Source: Malacoraja senta (Eukaryota). From it: a DNA stretch of 64,000 nt. Below the pieces are notes generated by a model. It was not told the origin of the DNA, did not search any database, and was given only the letters and a program-made list of their open reading frames with translations. Positions 11,600 through 22,053 of the stretch are shown piece after piece; the first letter of the stretch is position 1, and each line of letters starts with the position of its first letter. Position numbers and translations under genes: made by a program. The DNA lies in assembly GCA_038087875.1 (NCBI GenBank), contig JAXLNO010002317.1, forward strand, positions 2,294,001 to 2,358,000. The letters are read 5' to 3'.

Positions 11600-12830
11600 A
11601 GCATGATAGCGCAGCGATAGAGTTGCTGCCTCACAGTGCCAGAGACCCGGGTTTGATCCTGACTACTGGTGCTTGTCTGTACGGAGTTTGTACATTCTCT
11701 CCGTGACCGGCGTGGCTTTCTCCGGGATCTCCAGTTTCCACCCACACTCTATATGGTGTCATTATAAATCGTCCCAAGCGTGTGTTGGGTAGCGTTAGTG
11801 TGCGGGGTGATTGATAGTCAGCGTGGACTCGGGGGGTCGAAGGGCTGTTTCCGTGCTGGATCTCTAAACTAAACACAGAACTAGTGTGTGAATGGGTGAT
11901 TGATAGTCAATGCGGACTCGGTGGGCCAAAGGGCCTGTTTCCACGCTGTATCGCCAAACTAAACATAGAACTAGTGTGTGAACGGGTGATCGATGGTCAG
12001 CATGGATTCAGTGAGCCTGTTTCCACGCTGTATCTCTGCACTAAACATAGAACTAGTGTGTGATTGGGTGATGGTTGGTCGGCATGGACTCGGTGGGCCG
12101 AAGGGCCTATTTTCGCGCTGTATCTCTTAACTGAACTGAACTAAACTATATGTTGTTATTGTACTTGCCTCAACTACTTCCACCGGCAGCTTGTTCCACA
12201 ACCCCTCATCAACCTCTGTATAAATAGCCTCTTACTTCAACTTTAGTAAAGATCAGCTTAGAGCCCTAGGCTGTTCCTCAGATACCTTCCCTAATTCTTG
12301 TACCAGGCACCTTGTGGGACGTAACCACATGGCAGAACAGTAGCTGTTGATGTCAATTTAGTTTAGTTTTACAGTTTAGAGATACAGCACGGCAACAGGC
12401 TCTTCGGCCCATCGAGTCCGCTCCGACAATCGATCACCCTTTCACAAACTAGTTCTGTGTTTAGTTTAGAGATACAGCACGGCAACAGGCCCATCATCCC
12501 ACCGAGTCCATGCCGACCAGCAATCACCCGTTCACAAACTAGTTCTGTGTTTAGTTTAGTGACACAGCGTGGAAACAGGCCCTTCGGCCCACACTGACCA
12601 GTGACCAACGCTGTCCTACACACACTTCGGACAAATTAAAACGTTTTTACAGAAGTCTAATTAACCTACAAACCTGTACGTCTTTGGAACGTGGAAGGAA
12701 CCGGAGATCCCAGAAAAAATCCATGCAGATCACAGGGAGAACGTACAAACTCCGTACAGACAGCACTTGTAGTCAGGATCGAAGTCGGGTCTCTGGCGCT
12801 GTGAGGCAGCAACTCTGCCGCTGCGCCACT
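11600..12830. repeat. Tail-to-tail SINE + tandem 3'-tail arrays forming an inverted repeat (11600-12145 +, 12360-12830 -)
   Basis: ~85 bp unit (AACTAGTGTGTGAACGGGTGATCGATGGTC...CTGTATCTCTAAACTAAA) repeated 4-5 times on + and 3 times on -. Confidence 0.7.
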
Positions 12831-13099
12831 GCACCATCATGTTACTTGGCAATGATTAGCGCGAAGTCTAACGATTGGGAAGCTTTTAAAAAACAAAATA
12901 AGGCAACTAGATTGGTCAAAAGGTCATAAGTGATAGTAGAATTAGGGCATTTGGCCTATCAAATCTACTCCACCATTTAAGCATGGCTGATCTATCACTC
13001 CCTCTTAACCCCATTCTCCTGCCTTCTCCCTATAACCCCTGACACCCGTACTAATTCATAATCTTTCTATCTCTGCCTTAACAATATCCACTGACTTAA

Positions 13100-13750
13100 C
13101 CACCAGGTGGCGCCAGCAATGGCTGCCTCGCCAACAGTCTGTCTGTCCCTTCCTTTTTTGTTGTCCGTTTGTGTGTTTTAAATGTATGTTTTTAGTGGTT
13201 TTTAGCTTGTTTTATGTGGGGAGTGGGGGGAACCTTTTCCTCATCACTTATCTCATGTGCGATTTTCTTCCGTATCATATCTCCGTCCGCACGGTGGTCC
13301 AACATCGAGGAGTTGGTGGCCTTTGCTGGAGACCGACTTCGAGAGCTGCACCCCGGGTGCCTGCATGACTTCCCATCACGGAGCTTGCGATCTCTGTCAG
13401 GGGTCGATTTTGGGGCTCCAACCGTGGGTGCCTGCGAACTTTAACATCACCGAACTTGTGGTCTCTGGTTAGAGACCGACTTCGGGAAACTGCAAGCCGC
13501 AGGAGTTTTGATTGCCCTGACGAGGGGTCTTCGACCGCCGGCTGCGGGAGCTTCAATCCCCCAGACTGCGGATGGTTCGATTGCCCCGACCGCAGGAGAA
13601 TAAAATACGTTATTGCCTTTTATCACAGTGAGGATCGTGGTGTGGTGGATGTTTGTTAACTTTTATGTAGTTATGTCTCATGTTGCTTTTTTTGGTAATT
13701 CGAATTTCACTGTACCTTAAATGGTACATGTGATAATAAACTGACCTTGA
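13100..13750 (+). mobile_element. Short non-autonomous retroelement with Rex-Babar-like 3' tail, inserted in a CR1 tail; starts with a CTCF-like motif
   Basis: CCACCAGGTGGCGCCA at 13100-13115; ends TTTCACTGTACC...GGTACATGTGATAATAAACTGA like the tail at 44960-45000; CR1 sequence resumes on both sides. Confidence 0.55.
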
Positions 13751-14264
13751 AAGCTTGAATTGGCCTCCACAGCCTTCTGTGGCAAAGAATTCCACAGATT
13801 CACCACCCTCTGACTAAATAAATTCCTCCTCATTTCCTTTCTAAAAGAATGTCCTTTAATTCTGAGGCTATGACCTCTCCCACCAGTGGAAATATCCTCT
13901 CCACATCCACTCTATCCAAGCCTTTCATTATTCGGTAAGTTTCATTGAGGTCCCCCCTCATTCTCGAAACTCCTGCGAGTACAGGCCCAGTGCCGTCAAA
14001 CGCTCATCATATGTAAACCCATTCATTCCTGGGACCATTCTTGTAAACCTCCTCTGGACCCTCTCCAGAGCCAGCACATCCTTCATCAGACATGGGGCTG
14101 ATAATTGCTCACAATATTCCAAGTGCGGCCTGACCAGCGCCTGAAAGAGTCTCAGCATTGCATCCATGTCGCTTAATGTATATTGGTGGCTGGAGTTTTA
14201 CTGCAATCACTTTCTCTTCCAGACCGGGAGATCGGGGCACTGACGGGATATCTGGGATCGGAAA

Positions 14265-14304
14265 ATGATCGGGAGATCGTTCTTCCTCCTCTCCCTTCTC
14301 CAAG
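14265..14304 (+). CDS. Siglec-like gene: signal peptide exon (exon 14223-14304)
   Basis: AAAATG start after in-frame upstream TGA; MIGRSFFLLSLLQ; acceptor TTTCTCTTCCAG|; donor CAAG|GTACCA in phase 1 joins V exon to give ...LLQAVMS-GQW. Confidence 0.8.
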
Positions 14305-15164
14305 GTACCATCAGCAGCAACTCAGAGGTGTTTACGGGCGAGGAGGGTTTTACTGGTTGGCTGCCAGTGACTAGCGGAGTTCCGCAGGGGTGGGTGCAGG
14401 GGCCGCTACGATCGTTTCGCTGAACACCTTTGCTCAGTCCGCCTGCACTTACCTGATCTCCCGGTTGACAAACACTTTAATTCCCCTTCCCATTCCCGCA
14501 CTGAACTTTCTGTCCTAGTTCTCCTCCACTGTCAGAGTGAGGCCAATGCAAATAAGAGGAACAGCATCTCACATTTTGCTTGGGCAGCAGACAACCCAGT
14601 GGTATGAATATTGATTTCTCTCACTTCAAGTAAACCCTGCATTCCTTCTCTCTCCATCCCTCCCCCACCCAAGTCACACCGGCTTCTCGTTCTCACCCAG
14701 CAAACAGCTAACAATGGCTTGTTTTTTTATCATCATTACTTTTTTGCAAATCTTTCATTCATTGGTTCTGTGTCTCTCTACATCATCGTCCGTCTCTCTC
14801 GTTTCCCTTTCCCGTGCCTTTCAGTCTGAAGATGGGTCTCGACCCGAAAACGTCACCCATTCCTTCTCTCTAGGGATGCTGCCTGTCGCGCTGAGTTACT
14901 CCAGATTTGTGTGTCAATCTTCAGTTTAAACCAGTATTCGCAGTTCCTTCCTGTACACCACTATTCTTCACGTTGTACATTAATGATTTGGACGAGGGGA
15001 TTGAAGGCTTTGTGGCCAAGTTTGCAGATGATACGGAAATAGGTGGAGGGGCAGGTAGTGTAGAGAAAGCAGGGACGCTGCAGAAGGATTTGGACAGGTT
15101 GGGAGAGTCGGCAGAGAAGTGGCAGATGGAATATACTGCAGCAAAGGAGGGAGCGCCGCACTGG

Positions 15165-15627
15165 TTTTTTTAATCAAAAATAATTTATTCAATTACGATT
15201 ACGATACAAAAACCAAAACAACAACAAAAACGTGGTGACACACCCTCCACCATATTACAAAATCACCAAATTATTCAGACACTAAATTTCCAAACAACTA
15301 TGGCTACAAATATACTAATAAACCACTATATAACCATGTCCCTCTCTAACACCACCCGGGCGCGGACGTAACCCTGGTAATGATGCAACCAACTGGCTCG
15401 GGCAAAGCCCTCTTCTGCCTGGCGCCGTGACTTGCAGATGGCCAGCTTGGCCAGGCCTAGGAGCAACCCAACCAGGCCATCTTCGGCCCTGCCCACTCCC
15501 TAGATCCTGTCACGAGTCCTTCAGTCGCTGACAGCAGAGTCACTCCTCCCCTACGGACCCTAGGTGGAGTGGCGATGCTCCTTGCCCTCTGGACCCTGGC
15601 TACAAGGGACGCTCTACTGGTCCCTGG
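15165..15627 (-). mobile_element. Tx1/L1-clade LINE 3' fragment
   Basis: Poly-T at ~15165 then sequence homologous to the 3' end of the element at 51180-51560. Confidence 0.75.
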
Positions 15628-16256
15628 GAGTGACGCACTGTGGGAGGGGCAGTGAGGAGGGAGTGACACACTGTGGGAGGGGCAGTAGTGGGGAGTGATG
15701 CACTGGGAGGGGCGGTGAGGAGGGAGTGACGCACTGGGAGGAGTAGTGAGGAGGGAGTGACACACTGTGGGAGGGGCGGTGAGGAGGGAGGGACGCACTG
15801 GGAGGAGTAGTGAGGAGGGAGTGATGCACTGGGAGGGGCGGTGAGGAGGGAGTGACGCACTGTGGGAGGGGCGGTGAGGAATGAGTGACACACTGGGAGG
15901 GGCGGTGAGGAGGGAGTGACGCACTGGGAGGGGCGGTGAGGAGGGAGTGACACACTGGGAGGGGCGGTGAGGAGGGAGTGACGCACTGTGGGAGGAGTAG
16001 TGAGGAGGGAGTGACGCACTGTGGGCGGGGCGGTGAGGAGGGAATGACACTGGGAAGGGCGGTGAGGGAGTGACACACTGGGAGGGGCGGTGAGGAGGGA
16101 GTGACACACTGGGAAGGGCGGTGAGGGAGTGACACACTGGGAGGGGCGGTGAGGAGGGAGTGACATACTGTGGGGGGGCGGTGAGGAGGGAGTAACGCAC
16201 TGGGAGGGACGGTGAGGAGGGAGTGACACACTGTGGGAGGGGCGGTGAGGAGGGAG
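15628..16256 (+). repeat. G-rich minisatellite, ~19 units of 30-35 bp
   Basis: Unit CACTG(TG)GGAGGGGCGGTGAGGAGGGAGTGAC(G/A); merges at its 3' end into a minus-strand SINE head (CTCTACCGCTACACCACCATGCCGC). Confidence 0.9.
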
Positions 16257-16394
16257 GCTCTACCGCTACACCACCATGCCGCTCTTCTCCGCTCTGTACA
16301 CACCAGGTCCACAGCGCAGGATAAAAGGTGTGGAAAGTGAGTCCAGTGAACTGACAGGGTGTTCACTGCTAAAGATTGTTCCTTCTCTCCTCAG

Positions 16395-16763
16395 CCGTGA
16401 TGTCGGGACAGTGGAGAGCGGACATTCCACGAGATGTGACAGCGCAGAATGGTTTGTGTGCACGGATTCCGTGTCACTACTGGTACCCGTCGCATCTGAA
16501 CAATGAATCACGGATTGGAATCTGGTTTAACAGTGGGACGCAGAACAACAAAGGTTCTGTAGCCTTCCACTCCAGGAAATCCAATCGAGAATCAACAAAG
16601 TTTCAGCATCGGACCCGGCTGTCAGGTGTCCTGAGAGACAACGACTGTTCCCTGGTTATAGACAACATCAAGCAGCAAGATGCAGGTCCTTATTATTTCA
16701 GAGTTCATTTTGGAGTGGGCGATCGTAACAGCTACCCCAATGTAACATGGCTCAGTGTTACTG
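16395..16763 (+). CDS. Siglec-like gene: N-terminal V-set Ig domain (sialic acid binding)
   Basis: 369 nt phase 1-1 exon; W near start, GLCARIPC, DCSLVI, DAGPYYFRV with essential Arg (AGA 16700-16702), NSY aromatic; CTCAG| and |GTAAGT. Confidence 0.93.
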
Positions 16764-17816
16764 GTAAGTGCTCTGTCTAATTCACTCAACAGTTTCTTCC
16801 CAGCTGTTATCAGGCAACTGAACCATCCTACCACAACCACAGAGCAATGCTGAACTACCATCAACCTCACTGGTGACCCTCGGACTATCCTTGATCGGAC
16901 TTTGGACTGTACACGTTCCCTATTCACACACAGACCACAGCATCAGCATCCTTCTGGTTCATTTCTGGATCATCGTGACACCTCCAGTTTTTACACTGTT
17001 ATTACCAGGTTTTCATTGGCCATAAATGCTCCTAATATCGACTCCATCTACACTTCACTCAGCCTGAACTAAACTAAACAATGACTGTCTTATCCTTACT
17101 GCCCTTAGTGGAGAACTCTGTCCCCATCTTCCCGATCACAGGTCATCATAACATCGCTGGTCCCCGACCTTTTCAACCTCCCCTGACCATTGTACCTCCT
17201 TGTTCAGGGATCATCCTTGTTTAGTTAGTTAATTTTATTGCCATGTGTACCGAGGTACAGTGAAAAGCTTTTTTGTTGCGTGCTAGCCAGTCAGCGGAAA
17301 GACAATACATGATTACAATCTAGCCGTTTACAGCATATAGCTGCATGATAAGGGAATAAAGTTTAGTGCAAGGTTAAGCCAGCAAAGTCCGATCAGGGAT
17401 AGTCTGAAGGTCACCAATGAGGTAGATAGTAGTTCAGGACTGCTCTCTGGTTGTGGTAGGATGGTTCATTTGCCTGATAACAGCTGGGAAGAAACTGTCC
17501 CTGAATCTGGAGGTGTGCGTTTTCAAACCTGTACCTTTTGCCTGGTGGGTGAGGGGAGAAGAGGGAGTGACCGGGGGTGAGACTCGTCCTTGATAATCTG
17601 GAGGTGTGCGTTTTCACACTTCTATACCTCTTGCCCAATGGGAGAGAGGAGAAGAGGGAGTGGCCGGGGTGAGACTGGTCCTTGATAATCTGGAGGTGTG
17701 TGTTTTCACACTTCTATACCTTGTAAAAACATCCTTCCTCGTGTGGCACTGGGATTACAATGTGAACCGATGTATCCAGTGATATTTAACTAACAGTATC
17801 TGTTTCTCTGTGTTAG

Positions 17817-18110
17817 ATTTCACAGATAAACCCACGATATTCCCTGCTGAAATGGTGGCAGGTCAGCCTGTGAACGTGACCTGCTCCTTCAACACCACGT
17901 GTGATGGAACGGCCCCCACCTTAACCTGGGTCACCCCCGCTGATGAACCACCATCAGCCTCACAAAGCGTAACACAGCGGGGAGACACTCTGACATATAC
18001 TTCTGTTCTGTCCCTGACCCCAGCGCTCAATCATCACGGGCAAAACCTCACCTGCAGAGTCACATACCCAACTGTCTCATCAGAGCAGATCCTCACAATG
18101 ACTGTGCAAT
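17817..18110 (+). CDS. Siglec-like gene: Ig domain 2 (C2-set) with inter-domain Cys
   Basis: 294 nt phase 1-1 exon; VTCSFNTTCDGTAPTLTW...HGQNLTCRV; TTAG| and |GTAAGT. Confidence 0.92.
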
Positions 18111-19165
18111 GTAAGTACGGAGATGGTTTATTGTGCAGGAACAGCAATAATCTATTAGCAGTGCTGGTACATAAGGTCATAGGCGATATGAGCAGAATTA
18201 GGCCATTCGGCCCATCATGTCTAATCTGCCATTCAAGCGTGGCTGATCTATCTCTCCTAACCCCTTCTGCCTTCTCCCCATAACCTCTGACATCCATACT
18301 AATCAAATCAACATCAAAAGCTGGAGTAACTCAGTGGGACAGGCAGCATCTCTGGAGAGAAGGAATGGGTGACGTTTCGGGTCAAGAGCGTTCTTCAGAG
18401 TGAAAGTCACGGGAAAGGGAAACGAGAGATATAGACGATGATGGAGGGAGATGTAGGACCTACCTGATCTCCCGGTTGCTAAACACTTGAATTATCCTTC
18501 CCATTCCCAAACTGACTTTTCTAGGACTCGTCCACTGTCAGAGGGAGGCTAAACCAAATTGGAGGATCAGCATCTCATATATTCGGCCGTTTACAGCCCA
18601 GTGGTATGAATATTGATTTTTCTAACTTCAGGTAGACCCGGCATTCCCTCTCTCTCCATCCCTCCTCCACCCAAGTCGCACCAGCTTCTTGTTCTCACCC
18701 AACAAACAGCTAACAATGACCTGTTTCCTTTATCATCGATAATTTTTTGCGTATCTTTCATTCTTTGTTCTATATCTCTCTACACCATTGGCTGTATCTC
18801 TCATTTCCTTAAAAATAGAAGTCGTTGCGGACTCGGTGGGCCAAAGGGTCTGTTTCCACACTGTATCTCTAAACTAACGTGTGAACGGGTGATCGATGGT
18901 CAGCGCAGACTGGGTGGGCCAAAGGGCCTGTTTCCACTCTGCATCTCTAAAGTCTAAACACTAAAGTCTTTTACAATCCAAGGGTCACGGAAGTGCCGCA
19001 AAACTGGTTGCTGAGTTTTATCTGTTTGCAGATGCCCCCCAGAATCTCTCAATGACTTCCCCCAACAACGTGAACAATTTCTGGGTCAGTATAAAGGAAG
19101 GAAACTCTGCAGCGATCCTCTGCTCCGTCCAGAGTTTCCCAACATCTAACCTGACGTGGAGACAT

Positions 19166-22053
19166 AGATACATAGATACATAGAAAATAGGTGCAGGAGT
19201 AGGGCATTCGGCCCTTCGAGCCTGCACCGCAATTCAATATGATCATGGCTGATCATCCAACTCAGTATCCCGTACCTGCCTTCTCTCCATACCCCCTGAT
19301 CCCTTTAGCCACAAGGGCCACATCTAACTCCCTCTTAAATATAGCCAATGAACTGGCTTCAACTACCCTCTGTGGCAGAGAGTTCCAGAGATTCACCACT
19401 CTCTGTGTGAAAAGGTTTTTTCTCATCTCGGTCTTAAAGTATTTCCCCCTTATCCTTAAGCTGTGACCCCTTGTCCTGGACTTCCCCAACATCGGGAACA
19501 ATCTTCCTGCATCTAGCCTGTCCAACCCCATAAGAATTTGTACGTTTCAATAAGATCCCCTCTCAATCTCCTAAATTCTAGCGAGTATAATAATAATATA
19601 ATAATAATAAGTTTATTTATATAGCACATTTTCCAATTGATTTAAATCAAAAGCCAAAGTGCTTTACAGTTACTAACCAAACAAATAATAAAAAGAGATA
19701 GAAAAAATGACAACACACTATAAGAGATTTTACACAACCACGAAGTCTATCCAGTATTTCTTCATATGAAAGTCCTGACATCCCAGAATTCAGTCTGGTG
19801 AACATTTTCTGCACTCCCTCTATGGCTATAATGTCCTTCCTCAGATTTGGAGACCAAAACTGTACGCAATACTCTAGGCGTGGTCTCACCAAGACCCTGT
19901 ACAACTGCAGTAGAACCTCCCTGCTCCTATACTCAAATCCTTTTGCTATGAAAGCTAACATACCATTTGCTTTCTTCACTGCCTGCTGCACATGCATGCC
20001 TACTTTCAATGGCTGGTGTACCATGACACCCAGGTCTCGCTGCATCTCCCCTTTTCCTAATCGGCCACCATTTAGATAATAGTCTGCTTTCCTGTTTTTG
20101 CCACCAAAGTGGATAACCTCACATTTATCCACATTATACTGCATCTGCCAAACATTTCCCCACTCACCCAGCCTATCCAAGTCACCTTGCAGTCTCCTAG
20201 CATCCTCCTCACAGCTAACACTGCCCCCCAGCTTAGTGTCATCCGCAAACTTGGAGATGTTGCCTTCAATTCCCTCATCCAGTTCATTAATATATATTGT
20301 AAATAGCTGGGGTCCCAGCACTGAGGCTTGCGGTACCCCACAGGAGCCTTGCTTCCTGTTTGCCAGCCAGTTCTCTATCCACATCAATACTGAACCCCCA
20401 ATACCGTGTGCTTTAAGTTTGTTTACTAATCTCTTATGTGGGACCTTGTCGAAAGCCTTCTGAAAGTCCAGATACAACACATCCACTGGTTCTCCCCTAT
20501 CCACTCTACTTGTTACATCCTCGAAAAATTCTATAAGATGCGTCAGACATGATTTACCTTTCGTAAATCCATGCTGACTTTGTCCAATGATTTCACCACT
20601 TTCCAAATGTGCTGCTATCCCATCTTTAATAACTGACTCTAGCAGTTTCCCCACTACCGATGTTAGACTAACTGGTCTGTAATTCCCCATTTTCTCTCTC
20701 CCTCCCTTCTTAAAAAGTAGGGTTACGTTTGCTACCCTCCAATCCTCAGGAACTACTCCAGAATCTAAAGAGTTTTGAAAAATTATCACTAATGCATCCA
20801 CTATTTCTGGAGCTACTTCCTTAAGTACTCTGGGATGCAGCCTATCTGGCCCTGGTGATTTATCGGCCTTTAATCCATTCAATTTACCCAATGCCACTTC
20901 CCGACTAACCTGGATTTCACTCAGTTCCTCCATCTCCTTTGACCCGCAGTTCCCTGCTATTTCCGGCAGATTATGTCTTCCTTAGTGAAGACGGAACCAA
21001 AGTAGTTATTCAATTGGTCCGCCATATCCTTGTTCCCCATGATCAATTCACCTGTTTCTGACTGCAAGGAACCTACATTTGTTTTAACTAATCTCTTTCT
21101 CTTCACATATCTATAAAAACTTTTGCAGTCAGTTTTTATGTTCCCTGCCAGTTTTCTTTCATAATCTATTTTCCCTTTCCTAATTAAGCCCTTTGTCCTC
21201 CTCTGCTGGTCTCTGAATTTCTCCCAGTGGTATGCTGCTTTTACTGGCTAATTTGTATGCATCATCTTTTGCTTTGATACTATCCCTGATTTCCCTTGTT
21301 ATCCACGGATGCACTACCTTCCCTGATTTATTCTTTTGCCAAACTGGGATGAACAATTTTTGTAGTTCATCCATGCAGTCTTTAAATGCCTTCCGTTGCA
21401 TATCCACCGTCAACTCTTTTAGAACTAATTGCCAGTCAATCTTGGCCAATTCACGTCTCATACCCTCAAAGTTACCTTTCTTTAAGTTCAGAACCGTTGT
21501 TTCTGAATTAACAATGTCTCACTCCATCCTAATGAAGAACTCAACCATATTATGGTCGCTCTTGCCCAAGGGGGCACGCACAACAAGACTGCTAACTAAC
21601 CCTTCCTCATTACTCAATACCCAGTCTAGAATAGCCTGCTCTCTCGTTGGTTCCTCTACATGTTGGTTTAGATAACTATCCCGCATACATTCCAAGAAAT
21701 CCTCTTCCTCAGCACCCCTGCCAATTTGATTCACCCAATCTATATGTAGATTGAAGTCACCCATTATAACTGTTTTGCCTTTGTTGCACGCATTTCTAAT
21801 TTCCTGTTTGATGCCATCCCCAACTTCACTACTACTGCTAGGTGGCCTGTACACAACACCCACCAACGTTTTCTGCCCCTTAGTGTTTCGCAGCTCTACC
21901 CATACCGATTCCACATCCTCCAAGCTAATGTCCTTCCTTTCCACTGCGTTAATCTCCTCACTAACCAGCAACGCTACCCCACCTCCTTTTCCTTTCTCTC
22001 TATCCCTCCTGAATATTGAATATCCCTGGATGTTACATCCCTGGATGTTACAT
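19166..22053 (-). mobile_element. 5'-truncated CR1 LINE (ORF2 APE + RT, frameshifted) inside exon A
   Basis: ORFs 21519..22088 (GDFNLHIDW endonuclease) and 19647..20933 (YLDFQKAFDKV, FADDTKL); tail ATCTATGT repeats; ACAT duplicated at 19162-19165 and 22050-22053. Confidence 0.93.
19590..19742 (-). mobile_element. L2-like 3' tail fragment nested in the CR1
   Basis: TAATAATAAGTTTATTTATATAGCAC...GTGCTTTACA resembles the L2 tail at 46610-46670; absent from the sister CR1 at 55720-55745. Confidence 0.6.

Noticed and set aside
11790-12145. CRISPR-like array (also 30470-30860, 56578-56970, 60960-61120)
   Set aside because: Head-to-tail repeats without unique spacers, derived from retroelement tails or ORF1, in eukaryotic DNA.
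16276-16336. MPLFSALYTP as the leader exon
   Set aside because: The ATG lies in a SINE head, hydrophobicity and donor are poor, and a much better leader exists at 14265-14304.
15457-16366. Three long Pro/Ser/His-rich minus ORFs
   Set aside because: They are translations of the stop-poor minisatellite in all frames.
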